Positions 49,494-59,179 of a stretch of DNA of 64,000 nt are shown here, in pieces. The notes under the pieces are model-generated. The model had not been told where the DNA came from, did no database searches, and saw nothing but the letters and a program-made list of their open reading frames with translations. Location: assembly GCA_009694745.1 (NCBI GenBank), contig SHUF01000003.1, forward strand, positions 26,558 through 90,557, written 5' to 3'. The position numbers and the translations under genes were made by a program. This DNA is from Acidobacteriota bacterium. GTDB lineage: Bacteria > Acidobacteriota > Vicinamibacteria > Vicinamibacterales > SCN-69-37. Position 1 is the stretch's first letter. Every line of letters starts with the position of its first letter.

Positions 49494-52034
49494 ATGATGT
49501 TCGACGCGACAGGCCTCTGCCTGCGCGACAGGGAGACAGGTTTGAAGATTACAACTCGACGTATTCGCCTGGCGGTCACCGCCGGTCTGGTCGCGATCGC
49601 GGCCCTGACCATCAGCAACATCAATCACATCGACGCGCAGACGGCACCGGCCCTGCAGGCGCAGGATGCCCCGCAGGCGCCCGCGGCGCCCGTGCATACC
49701 GGCGGCGAAGCGAACCTCATCATGCCCGACCTGAGCCAGGTGTCGTTCTTGGGCGTCGATGGTCGCACGCTGCTGATGGTTGGCCTGCTGGTCTGTGCGC
49801 TGGGCCTGCTCTTCGGCCTGGTCATTTACACGCAGCTCAAGAACATGCCCGTGCATGCGTCGATGCTTGAGGTCTCAGAACTGATCTATGAGACCTGCAA
49901 GACCTACCTGATTCAGCAGGGGAAATTGCTGCTGATCCTGGAACTCTTCATCGGCACGATCATCTTCTACTACTACTTCTTCCTCCTGCACTTCTCGCTG
50001 ACCAGGGTCAGCATCATCCTGTTCTTCAGCCTGGTGGGCATCGCGGGCAGCTTCGGCGTGGCGTGGTTTGGCATTCGCGTCAACACGTTCGCCAATTCCC
50101 GCACCGCATTCGCCAGCCTCCGGGGCAAGCCCTATCCCTGCTACGCCATTCCGCTCAAGGCGGGCATGAGCATCGGCATGATGCTGATCAGCGTCGAACT
50201 CCTGCTGATGTTGTTCATCCTGCTGTTTGTCCCCGGTGACTACGCGGGCGCCTGCTTCATCGGATTCGCCATCGGCGAATCGCTCGGCGCGTCTGCCCTG
50301 CGAATCGCCGGCGGCATCTTCACGAAGATCGCCGACATCGGCGCCGACCTGATGAAGATTGTCTTCAAGATCAAGGAAGACGACGCGCGCAACCCGGGCG
50401 TCATTGCCGACTGCACGGGCGACAACGCCGGCGACTCGGTGGGCCCCAGCGCCGACGGCTTCGAGACCTACGGCGTCACGGGCGTGGCGCTCATCACGTT
50501 TATTCTGTTGGCCGTCGACAACGTCGGCCTCCAGGTGCAGTTGCTGGTCTGGATCTTCATGATGCGCATCATCATGGTGGTCGCGTCCGGCGTCTCCTAC
50601 CTCGTCAACGAAATGTGGGCGAAGGCGCAGTACGTCAAGGTGGACAAGATGAACTACGAGGCGCCACTGACCCGTCTGGTCTGGCTCACCTCCATCGTGT
50701 CGGTCGGCCTGACCTTCCTCGCGTCTTACCTCCTCATTCCGAACCTGTCGGGCGACATCACCATGTGGTGGAAACTGTCGCTGATCATCACCTGCGGCAC
50801 GCTGGCCGGCGCGATCATCCCGGAGTTGGTCAAGGTCTTCACCTCAACCGAATCCGCTCACGTCCGTGAAGTGGTCTCCTCGTCGCGCGAAGGCGGCGCA
50901 TCGCTCAACATCTTGTCGGGCCTAGTGGCCGGCAACTTCTCGGCGTACTGGCTCGGCCTCAGCATCATGTTGCTGATGGCGGCGGCCTACTACGTGAGCG
51001 GTTTCGGGCTGGAGCAGATCGGTATGATCGCCCCGGCGGTCTTCGCGTTCGGCCTTGTCGCGTTCGGCTTCCTGGGCATGGGCCCGGTGACCATTGCCGT
51101 GGACTCCTATGGACCGGTCACCGACAACGCGCAGTCGGTCTACGAACTGTCGCAGATCGAGGAGATCGCCGGCATCAAGGGATCGCTCAAGACCCAGTAC
51201 GGGTTTGACGCGAACTTCGAGAAAGCCAAACACAACCTCGAAGAGAACGACGGCGCCGGCAACACGTTCAAGGCCACGGCCAAGCCCGTGCTGATCGGCA
51301 CGGCCGTCGTCGGCGCAACGACCATGATTTTTGCGATTATCGTGATGCTGACCAGCGAGCTCACGGCCAATCTGGACAAGCTGTCGATTTTGCACCCGCC
51401 CTTCCTGCTGGGCCTGATTACCGGCGGCGCGATGATCTACTGGTTCACCGGCGCGTCGATTCAGGCTGTCACCACCGGGGCGTATCGCGCCGTGGAGTTC
51501 ATCAAGGCCAACATCAAGCTCGAAGGCGTCACCAAGGCGTCGGTCGAAGACTCAAAGAAGGTGGTCGAGATCTGCACGAAGTACGCGCAGAAGGGCATGT
51601 TCAACATCTTCCTCGGCGTCTTCTTCGGCACGCTGGCATTCGCCTTCGCCGAGCCGTTCTTCTTCATCGGCTATCTCATCTCCATCGCCCTGTTTGGTCT
51701 CTATCAGGCCATCTTCATGGCCAACGCGGGCGGCGCGTGGGACAACGCGAAGAAGATCGTCGAAGTGGAACTGAAGGCCAAGGGCACGCCGCTGCATGAC
51801 GCGTCGGTCGTGGGCGACACCGTCGGTGATCCGTTCAAGGACACGTCGTCGGTTGCCATGAACCCGGTGATCAAGTTCACCACGCTGTTCGGATTGCTCG
51901 CCGTGGAACTGGCCGTGCGGTTGACGCGCGAACAAGGCGCCGGGCTCACGCACACACTCGCGCTGGGCTTCTTCCTGATCTCGGTCTTCTTCGTGTGGCG
52001 CTCGTTCTACTCGATGCGGATCAAGTCGGAGTAA
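49494..52034 (+). CDS. hppA: Membrane-bound proton-translocating pyrophosphatase
   Basis: SELIYETCKTYL, DCTGDNAGDSVGPSADGFETYG, GNTFKATAKP, GDTVGDPFKDTSS. Start is ATG 49494, or TTG 49542 (GGGAGA RBS; MKITTRRIRLAV...). ORF 48615.. is over-extended antisense to cstA. Confidence 0.9.
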   Translation: MMFDATGLCLRDRETGLKITTRRIRLAVTAGLVAIAALTISNINHIDAQTAPALQAQDAPQAPAAPVHTGGEANLIMPDLSQVSFLGVDGRTLLMVGLLVCALGLLFGLVIYTQLKNMPVHASMLEVSELIYETCKTYLIQQGKLLLILELFIGTIIFYYYFFLLHFSLTRVSIILFFSLVGIAGSFGVAWFGIRVNTFANSRTAFASLRGKPYPCYAIPLKAGMSIGMMLISVELLLMLFILLFVPGDYAGACFIGFAIGESLGASALRIAGGIFTKIADIGADLMKIVFKIKEDDARNPGVIADCTGDNAGDSVGPSADGFETYGVTGVALITFILLAVDNVGLQVQLLVWIFMMRIIMVVASGVSYLVNEMWAKAQYVKVDKMNYEAPLTRLVWLTSIVSVGLTFLASYLLIPNLSGDITMWWKLSLIITCGTLAGAIIPELVKVFTSTESAHVREVVSSSREGGASLNILSGLVAGNFSAYWLGLSIMLLMAAAYYVSGFGLEQIGMIAPAVFAFGLVAFGFLGMGPVTIAVDSYGPVTDNAQSVYELSQIEEIAGIKGSLKTQYGFDANFEKAKHNLEENDGAGNTFKATAKPVLIGTAVVGATTMIFAIIVMLTSELTANLDKLSILHPPFLLGLITGGAMIYWFTGASIQAVTTGAYRAVEFIKANIKLEGVTKASVEDSKKVVEICTKYAQKGMFNIFLGVFFGTLAFAFAEPFFFIGYLISIALFGLYQAIFMANAGGAWDNAKKIVEVELKAKGTPLHDASVVGDTVGDPFKDTSSVAMNPVIKFTTLFGLLAVELAVRLTREQGAGLTHTLALGFFLISVFFVWRSFYSMRIKSE

Positions 52035-52043
52035 GGCCTGACG

Positions 52044-52496
52044 ATGCATTGGGTCGCGTTGGCGTTGGGTGCGGCCCTCTCATGGGGGCTCTACGGGCCG
52101 TCACTGCATCAGGGGCAGGTGAAGCTCGGCAGTCCGTTCAGGGCGCTGCTGTGCGTCGGAATCGCCTACTTCATCGTCGGCGTCATCGTGCCGGTGGTGG
52201 CGCTGGCGGCTCAAGGGGAACTGAACAAAGGCTGGTCCACTGACGGCGCGCTTGGCGCCACCGGAGCCGGTCTGCTTGGCGCCCTCGGCGCCGTGTTCAT
52301 CATCTACGCGTTCCGCGCCGGCGGCGTGCCCACCTACGTGATGCCGCTGGTCTTCGGCGGCGCCCCGGTCGTGAACGTGTTGTTCACGATGTACCTGCAT
52401 CCGCCGAAGGCGTCGCCTAATCCCCTGCTCTGGCTCGGTTTCGTTCTCGTGGCGGCTGGCGCTTCTCTCGTTCTGTACTACAAGCCGCAGAGCTGA
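52044..52496 (+). CDS. Small 4-TM membrane protein (EamA/DMT-half-like), hypothetical
   Basis: 150 aa, four hydrophobic helices, 9 nt after hppA. Confidence 0.5.
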   Translation: MHWVALALGAALSWGLYGPSLHQGQVKLGSPFRALLCVGIAYFIVGVIVPVVALAAQGELNKGWSTDGALGATGAGLLGALGAVFIIYAFRAGGVPTYVMPLVFGGAPVVNVLFTMYLHPPKASPNPLLWLGFVLVAAGASLVLYYKPQS

Positions 52497-52510
52497 GGTT
52501 CTCTGACCGT

Positions 52511-52559
52511 CCGTAGCTCGGCCTGCCGTCCGTAGCTCGGGCTGTTCCTCAAGCCCGAG
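52511..52559. repeat. Composite palindromic (BIME/REP-like) element, copy C (partial)
   Basis: CCGTAGCTCGGCCTG + CCGTCCGTAG + hairpin CTCGGGCTGTTCCTCAAGCCCGAG (52536..52559). The hairpin is the exact reverse complement of the first hairpin of copy B. Confidence 0.85.
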
Positions 52560-52587
52560 ATCGCTCGTGTCGGTGAGGTTTTCAGGT

Positions 52588-52770
52588 GAGCCGCGGTCGT
52601 CGTTGCCGCTCTCCGGCTCCCGCCGCGGAAAAAGCACCACTCCAGGGAGTTCGTCCATGATCTCGGGCGGGGGCCCCTATCCCCACCCGCTGTCGCCCCC
52701 TTCCATGGCGCTTTTTGTAGTGGCCCCTATCGCGTCGCTCGCAGTCGAGCGGCAGCGACGACCGCGACTC
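52588..52770. repeat. 24-bp imperfect inverted repeat (22/24) enclosing about 135 bp of non-coding DNA
   Basis: GAGCCGCGGTCGTCGTTGCCGCTC (52588..52611) versus GAGCGGCAGCGACGACCGCGACTC (52747..52770). Confidence 0.7.
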
Positions 52771-52896
52771 ACATGAAAACCGGCGTCACGGGTTCGGGCC
52801 AGCCTGCAACGTGCTCCCCCACTGCAGCCGAACGCCAGCCGTCAGCCGCGGCGGCGCGCTCATCATTGCACGCGCCGCCGTCGGCTGCACGGCGTG

Positions 52897-53637
52897 TTAG
52901 CCAGCTTGTTGTTCGGCGCTCCACAGGAACATTCGACGGTTCCCGGACTCGATGAACTCTGTAGCGGACTGCCGATACGCCAGATAACCCTCGAGGTCCT
53001 GCGGGACCGGTGATGTGCTGAAGTCCTTGAATGCGGAGAAGAATTTCACGAAGGAACAGTCTTCTGCAACGAGGTCCTGCAACAGGAAGAACTCAACGTA
53101 CCCCCGAAAGTCACTGAACAGCCCGAAGAAGGCGTCGTATCGCTGGAGCACTGCACCCAACGGACTTGGCTCCCGGCGGTAGTGTCGACGGATGCACTCG
53201 ACCGTGAGGCCGAACCGATCTTTGATCCGTGGATGGAAACCGCGTGCGCCGTTGATTGTCATCTTCCGGCCAACCCGTTCTGCCGTGAAAACCATCATTC
53301 CGCCGATCGTGTAACCAACGCGGAGAAACGACTCTTGCTCAGCCGCTGGGATTGCACCGAGGACCTGCGACAGACGCGATTCCTTTCTGAACGTGGGGAT
53401 CACCGCGTCGCTGCCGAGGAAAAACTCCCCCAATTCTGACTTGTGGTACAGGTAGTGCTGAGTGGTGTCATCCAGCGAGAACAACGCGCCGTTCGGTAGA
53501 CGTTTACTCCACAAGTGTCGATGATGTCGACGAAGCGCTGGGCTGCAAGAATCAGGGTCTTTCTTCGGATAGCTCGGTGTGTCCGACCTGAAATCGAACG
53601 TGACGTTAATCTGGCCTGGCGTTCGAATTTCAGTCAT
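52897..53637 (-). CDS. Conserved-looking hypothetical protein, orphan gene with lower GC than its surroundings
   Basis: 246-aa ORF with non-repetitive, globular-looking sequence (FDFRSDTP...LWSKRLPNG...TINGARGF...FRGYVEFFLLQDLV). Codon third positions are visibly richer in A/T than in neighbouring genes. No SD seen. Confidence 0.6.
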   Translation of the reverse strand: MTEIRTPGQINVTFDFRSDTPSYPKKDPDSCSPALRRHHRHLWSKRLPNGALFSLDDTTQHYLYHKSELGEFFLGSDAVIPTFRKESRLSQVLGAIPAAEQESFLRVGYTIGGMMVFTAERVGRKMTINGARGFHPRIKDRFGLTVECIRRHYRREPSPLGAVLQRYDAFFGLFSDFRGYVEFFLLQDLVAEDCSFVKFFSAFKDFSTSPVPQDLEGYLAYRQSATEFIESGNRRMFLWSAEQQAG

Positions 53638-53811
53638 GGTGTTTGTTCTGAAGGATCGGCCTTTCGGCCCGCACTTCTGTCTGGCTAACAGGTTTTGGAG
53701 TAGACCGCGTATTCGCGGCCGCAGCTATTGCGATTGTGGCGAACCCTGCCGCATCCTTCAAAGCTGCTGAACGGACGAATGTTAGCACCCGTTCTGCGGC
53801 ACTCGGACACA

Positions 53812-54030
53812 CCCTGGTCGCACGTGGGGGATCGACGGAGCGCCGACTCGGAGTGCCGCGACACGCGCCAGCATGAAACCGTCGCGCAGGGAGCGCGGGC
53901 TGCGAGGGCCATCTCCGCCGTTTGCGGAGTGGCCCGAGGGGCGACAGGTCGCAGCCAAGCGCACGAAGCGAACGGGTTCTCGCGGCAGCTCCGCGGAGGC
54001 GCTCCGTCGATCCCCCACGGGCGACCAGGG
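53812..54030. repeat. About 220-bp rod-like imperfect palindrome (32-bp terminal inverted repeat, 31/32)
   Basis: CCCTGGTCGCACGTGGGGGATCGACGGAGCGC (53812..53843) versus GCGCTCCGTCGATCCCCCACGGGCGACCAGGG (53999..54030). Further inner pairings (TGCCGCGA/TCGCGGCA, GGCTGCGA/TCGCAGCC) and an apical hairpin GGCCATCTCCGCC-gttt-GCGGAGTGGCC. Confidence 0.8.
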
Positions 54031-54046
54031 CTCGGCCCGCCGCTAC

Positions 54047-56614
54047 CTAATTGCGCTCTCTCCACCGGCAGGAGTCGAGACCCAGTAAATAGTCCAACCC
54101 GAAGTCGCCAATCGGCGCGCCGGGGGGCGGCGTGGGGATGGTGGCGGGACGCAGTTCGGTGTACGGGCGATCAAGAAAGCGCTTGATGTCGTCGGCCAGC
54201 AACTGGCGGTGAGCGCGCTCGACCCCAGCGGTGGTCACGGCCGTCATTGACGGACGCGTGGGGAGCGCGCGGAGCGCCTGCGTGGCGATGGCGCGCACCT
54301 GTGTGTTTGGCGCGCTCTCAGCCAACTCCATCAGCTGGCTCATGACGACGCGTTCCATGGTGCGGCTGATTTCCGATTCGTAGCCGTTGGCAGGCCGGGC
54401 GTCAAACACCGTGGCCGTCAGCCTGGCGATGACTTCGTCCAGACCGGGCAACGATGCGTCCACGGCTTTCTGCGCCACCATGCGCGCGGCCCGCGCAGGT
54501 GTCAGCAAACTGGCCACCACAATTTCGGTGGCCGCTGCGGCAGGCGCCACCGGATCAAAGGCGCCTCCAGTGGTGCGCGCAAACGACTCGCGCGTGAGGC
54601 CAAAGCCCGGCGGGCGCGGCGGAATCCCCTGCACCACAGCTGACGGCAGCACGAGATCGCCCAGGCGCAACGCGCTCATGAGAGCGTCCAGGGCGGCCTT
54701 CTGCCTGGCCGCGGGCACCCACTTCATCGGCGTTCGCCCATCGCCGCGAATGGCGTAGATGTACTCCTGGCCGCCCATGGCCGTCACGGCGGACTCGACG
54801 GCGTAGCGATGGTGCAGATACAGCGGCACGAGCGCCTCTTCCATCTGCGCCATCGGCCGGCCCACCTGGATCGCGCGTTCACCGAACCCTTCCATCGCCG
54901 CGCGCCGGAGCGCGAGCAGACGGGTCAACTCAGCGGCGACATCGGTGCCGTTGTTCCACTGATCGACATTCGGGTTCACGTCGGTGTCCTGGTTCGACAT
55001 GTAGCGCAGGTCCTGATCCCAGGCATCGTTGAGGATCTTCGCCAGCGCCGCTTTCTCGTCGGTGCCCGACGGGAACTGCGAGTAGCCGTACTGGATGGAT
55101 ACCTTGTCCCACGGACCAATCTCCGACTCGTAGGCCTTGGAAAAATCCATCGTGCCGTCGGACCGCAGGGTGATGAGCGGGTGCGGATAGTCGAGCACCG
55201 AAATGCGGCCCTTGGAACTGTTGTAGTAGTTGTGGCCGAGTCCGAGGGTGTGTCCCACCTCGTGGGCCGAGAGCTGACGGAGGCGCGCGAGCGCAGTCTG
55301 CTCAAGGACGGCGGGTTTTTCATTGCCGTTCACGTACGGCGACAGCAGGCTCTCGAAAATCATGTAGTCCTGCCGCCACCGCAGCGACCCGAGGATAACG
55401 TGACCCTTGATGATTTCACCGGTACGAGGATCGCTGATGGACCCGCCGGTGCTCCAGCCTCGCGTGGACCGGTGCACCCAGGTGATGGTGTTGTAACGCA
55501 CATCCATGGGACTTGCGCCCTCAGGCATGACCTGCACCTGGAACGCGTTGCGGAATCCGGCGGCCTCAAACGCCTGATTCCACCAGCGCGCGCCCTCGAG
55601 CAGCGCCGACAGCACCGGCTCAGGCGTACCGCGGTCCACGTAGTAGATGATCGGCTTCACGGGCTCGCTAATCGCAGCCGTGGGGTCCTTCTTCACAAGG
55701 CGATGGCGATTGACATAGCGGGTCCGCATGTCGGTGCCGATCGGCGCCGCATAATCAACATAACTGACGCCTCCGTATGCCGACCTGGGATCGGACATGC
55801 GCGGCGTGTAGTTGTTGTCGGGCAATTCGATGAACGACGTGTGCTGCCGAATCGTGACGGCTGATGCATTGGGCGCCACATCCGACACCCGCCCGCCCGG
55901 CAGGCCCGGCGCGCCGGCACCACCGCCCCGACCACCACCGCCGGCGGCGGCATCCGTCACGAACGTCGCGGTCAGATCGATTTCAGTGTTCTTGGGAAAT
56001 CCCTGGGTCTCAGCAAGATTGATCGCGCTGCGGGTGCGATCGAAGCGGTATCCGGCACCCAGACGTCCGGCGACGTTGTGGCTGTCGCGCATCAGAAAGT
56101 CCGACGCGTCCACCAGCACCCGGCCGCCGTTCTCGGCTGCCACCGTGAACCCCCAGTGGATCGACTTGGCGAAGGCATCTTCGACCGCCTTGCGTTCGGC
56201 CGGATTCGACGAGATGGCACGATAATCGTAGTTGGGTTCCACCATCAGGACGCGCGGGCCCACGCGCTGGAAACTGACGAGGGCTGTGCCGGAAAGGAGC
56301 GCGCGATCCAGTCCGATGTCGTTCGACCCCAGACCAGCCGACAATCCCTTGGACCACAGCACTTCCTTGCCGAGCTCCGGAATCTCAAGGAAGAGCGAGC
56401 CGGTGGCTTCTTCCCAGTACATCGGGAAGAACCCGTCGATCTTCAGCATCCCGTTTGTGCGGTCGGCAATCGTGCGCACGCCGCCAGCCCCCTGCCCGCG
56501 ACCGCCACCTCCCTGCCCTGCAGGGATGCCAGCACCCGCCTGGCCAGACAGGCCAGCAGGAACGGCGATGGAAAGCATCAGCACACAGCCCAGAACAATC
56601 GATACACGTCGCAT
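54047..56614 (-). CDS. Secreted zinc metalloprotease (DUF5117/DUF4953-like)
   Basis: ATG 56614 with AAGGGGG RBS. Signal peptide MRRVSIVLGCVLMLSIAVPAGLSG. Zn site AHEVGHTLGLGHN. Gly/Arg-rich linkers. Confidence 0.85.
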   Translation of the reverse strand: MRRVSIVLGCVLMLSIAVPAGLSGQAGAGIPAGQGGGGRGQGAGGVRTIADRTNGMLKIDGFFPMYWEEATGSLFLEIPELGKEVLWSKGLSAGLGSNDIGLDRALLSGTALVSFQRVGPRVLMVEPNYDYRAISSNPAERKAVEDAFAKSIHWGFTVAAENGGRVLVDASDFLMRDSHNVAGRLGAGYRFDRTRSAINLAETQGFPKNTEIDLTATFVTDAAAGGGGRGGGAGAPGLPGGRVSDVAPNASAVTIRQHTSFIELPDNNYTPRMSDPRSAYGGVSYVDYAAPIGTDMRTRYVNRHRLVKKDPTAAISEPVKPIIYYVDRGTPEPVLSALLEGARWWNQAFEAAGFRNAFQVQVMPEGASPMDVRYNTITWVHRSTRGWSTGGSISDPRTGEIIKGHVILGSLRWRQDYMIFESLLSPYVNGNEKPAVLEQTALARLRQLSAHEVGHTLGLGHNYYNSSKGRISVLDYPHPLITLRSDGTMDFSKAYESEIGPWDKVSIQYGYSQFPSGTDEKAALAKILNDAWDQDLRYMSNQDTDVNPNVDQWNNGTDVAAELTRLLALRRAAMEGFGERAIQVGRPMAQMEEALVPLYLHHRYAVESAVTAMGGQEYIYAIRGDGRTPMKWVPAARQKAALDALMSALRLGDLVLPSAVVQGIPPRPPGFGLTRESFARTTGGAFDPVAPAAAATEIVVASLLTPARAARMVAQKAVDASLPGLDEVIARLTATVFDARPANGYESEISRTMERVVMSQLMELAESAPNTQVRAIATQALRALPTRPSMTAVTTAGVERAHRQLLADDIKRFLDRPYTELRPATIPTPPPGAPIGDFGLDYLLGLDSCRWRERN

Positions 56615-56702
56615 ACCCAGCCCCCTTGTACTTTTCCGTTGTCCGGCCAGATTGTATCGCCAGATCCTGAACTTCAGTCGCATCGAACCCGTCTGACAGC
56701 CC

Positions 56703-59150
56703 ATGACGACCCTGCTGCAGGACCTCCGCCTCGCCCTCCGCCTCTTTCGGCGGCAACCTGGATTTGCACTCGTCGCCGTGCTGGTCCTTGGACTGGGTAT
56801 CGGGGCCAATGCCACCATCTTCAGCCTCGTGAACGCGCTGGTGCTCAAACCGCGCCTCGGGGCCGGCGAGCAACTGGTCTCGGTCTACTCCAAGAATCGC
56901 GCTGAGCCCGACACCTTTCGCGCGTTCTCCTACGACAATTTCTCCGACCTGCGCAGCCGCACGAAGATCTTCGCGTCACTGACGGCGCACAACCCGGCGA
57001 TGGTCGGCATCTCCGAAGGCGATGCCACGCGACGCTCCTTCATCGACATCACCACCGGCGATCTGTTCGAGACGTTCAAGGCGCCGCTGCGCATGGGCCG
57101 GTCGTTCACCCGCGCCGAGGAACGGCCCGGCGCCGACATCCCGGTCACCATCCTCAGCCATGTCGCGTGGACCCATATGGGCGCGCCGGCAGACGTCGTG
57201 GGCCGCACCATCAAGATCAACCAGCGCGATTTCACGATCATCGGCGTGGCCCCGGCCGGGTTCGGCGGAACGATGTCGATGGTGACACCCGAGTTGTGGG
57301 TACCCACCGGCGTCTACGGGTCCGTGGTCAACGACTTCGACAGCGAAACGCGCACAGGCACGCTCGCCGACCGGCGCCACCATTCGTTGATGCCCTTCGG
57401 TCGCCTGCGCGAGGGGGTCACCATGGAGTCCGCCGCGCCGCTGCTGGCCGCTGCCGGCGCCTAGATGGAGTCGTCGTTCCCGGTCGAGAACAAGAACCAG
57501 GACCTGGTCCTTGGTGCCCTGTCGCGGCTGTCGGTGAGCACCAGCCCGTCCGACGACAGTCAGGTGTCCATCGTGGCGATGAGCCTGCTCGTGATGTCGG
57601 GCATCGTGTTGCTGGTGGCCTCGCTCAATCTGGCGAACATGCAACTGGTCCGTGCCGGCTCGCGCAGCAAGGAGTTCGCGATTCGGCTGGCCATCGGCGG
57701 CAGCCGCACCCGCTTGGTGCGCCAGTTAGTCACTGAAGGACTCCTGCTGGCGCTGGCCGGTGGGGCCGTCGCCCTGTTCATCTCATAGGCGGCAATGTGG
57801 GCCCTTTTGAACGGCATGAGCGGACTGCTTCCCATTCTCATGAGCCTGGGGCCCGCTCTTGCGTCGGCACGGACATCCGTATTGCCTGAATTGAAGGAGC
57901 ACGCGGGCGAACTGAAAGTCACACGCCGCGCGCGGTTCGCGCCACGCAACCTGCTGGTCATGGGGCAACTGGCCCTGAGCCTGACGCTGCTCACCACCGC
58001 CGGCGCGTTCATCCGCGGCGCCGTGGTGGCGGCCCGTGTCGATCCTGGTTTCTCGTTCGACCGCGGCATCCTCGCCAACCTCGACGCGAGCCTGGCCAAC
58101 TACGATGACGTGCGGGCCACGGCGCTCTACGGGCAGGTCCTCGAACGCGTTCGGCAGGTGCCGGGCATCACGCACGCCGGCCTCGCCACCCAGATGCCCT
58201 TCGGCGACATTCAGGAATCAGGGCGGGTGCAGAAGGCCGGCACCATCATCACGCCGGCCGACCCAAATTACTCGATCGCCACCGTCGCGGCCGTGACCAT
58301 GGGCATCTCGCCCAACTACTTCACGGCGCTGGGGCTGACGATGCAGCGGGGCCGTGACTTTACGGAATCCGAGTGGCACACACCGGGCCGCGCCCCCATC
58401 GGCATTATCGACCAGGCGCTGGCGAAGCGTCTGTTTGGCCAGGAGGATCCCATCGGTCGGCAGATCCAGACTCGCCCACGTGGCGATGGGTCCGTTGAAG
58501 TGATTGAGGTCGTCGGTCTGGCCCCAGACATCCGGCACCAGATGGAAGATTCGGAAGCGGGCCCTCACCTGTATCGCCCGCTCGCCCAGAATTTTCGATC
58601 GGGCGTCTACCTCCACGTCAGCACCGCCAGCGGAGAAGGCGAAGCGGCGATGCTGCCCGCCATGCGCGCGCTGCTGCGGGAGATCGATCCCACGCTGCCC
58701 GTGGTCACACTGGAGACCGGCCCGATGTTCCGCGAACGAAACGCGGTGCTGTGGATCGTCAGGACCGGCGCCACGCTCTTCGGCGTCTTCGGTGCCGTGG
58801 CGTTGTTCATGGCGGCGCTGGGCATCTATGGCGTGAAGTCGTATCTGGTGTCGCGCCGCACCCGGGAACTCGGCATCCAGATGGCGCTGGGGGCCACCCC
58901 CCGCGACGTGGTGGCCCTGGTCATGCGCGACGGCCTGTGGCAGACCGTGGCTGGCCTGGTCGTCGGATTGGGTCTGTCAGCACTGGCGGTCCGAGGCGTG
59001 GCCGGCCTGCTCTTCGACGGCGGCAGTTTTGATCTGCCGATCGTCGGCGCGGCGTTTGTGACGCTGGCGGCCGCCGCCATCGCGGCCACATGGATGCCCG
59101 CGCGGCGGGCCACCAGGATCGCGCCGTCAGTGGCCTTGCGGTCCGAGTAG
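56703..59150 (+). pseudogene. ADOP-type MacB/FtsX permease with two in-frame TAG codons
   Basis: One frame runs 56703..59150. TAG at 57462..57464 (LLAAAGA*MESSFPVENKNQ) and at 57786..57788 (ALFIS*AAMWALL). Canonical N terminus [47 protein letters not shown] and C terminus MPARRATRIAPSVALRSE. Confidence 0.8.
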
Positions 59151-59179
59151 CGTCAGACCTGCCGGAGGATAATCCCCGG

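Noticed and set aside
52842-52896. Integron attC-like site next to the orphan gene (GTTAGCC near 52889)
   Set aside because: The putative core does not fit GTTRRRY. There is no matching inverse core and no integrase or further cassettes. It is more simply a GC-rich terminator hairpin.
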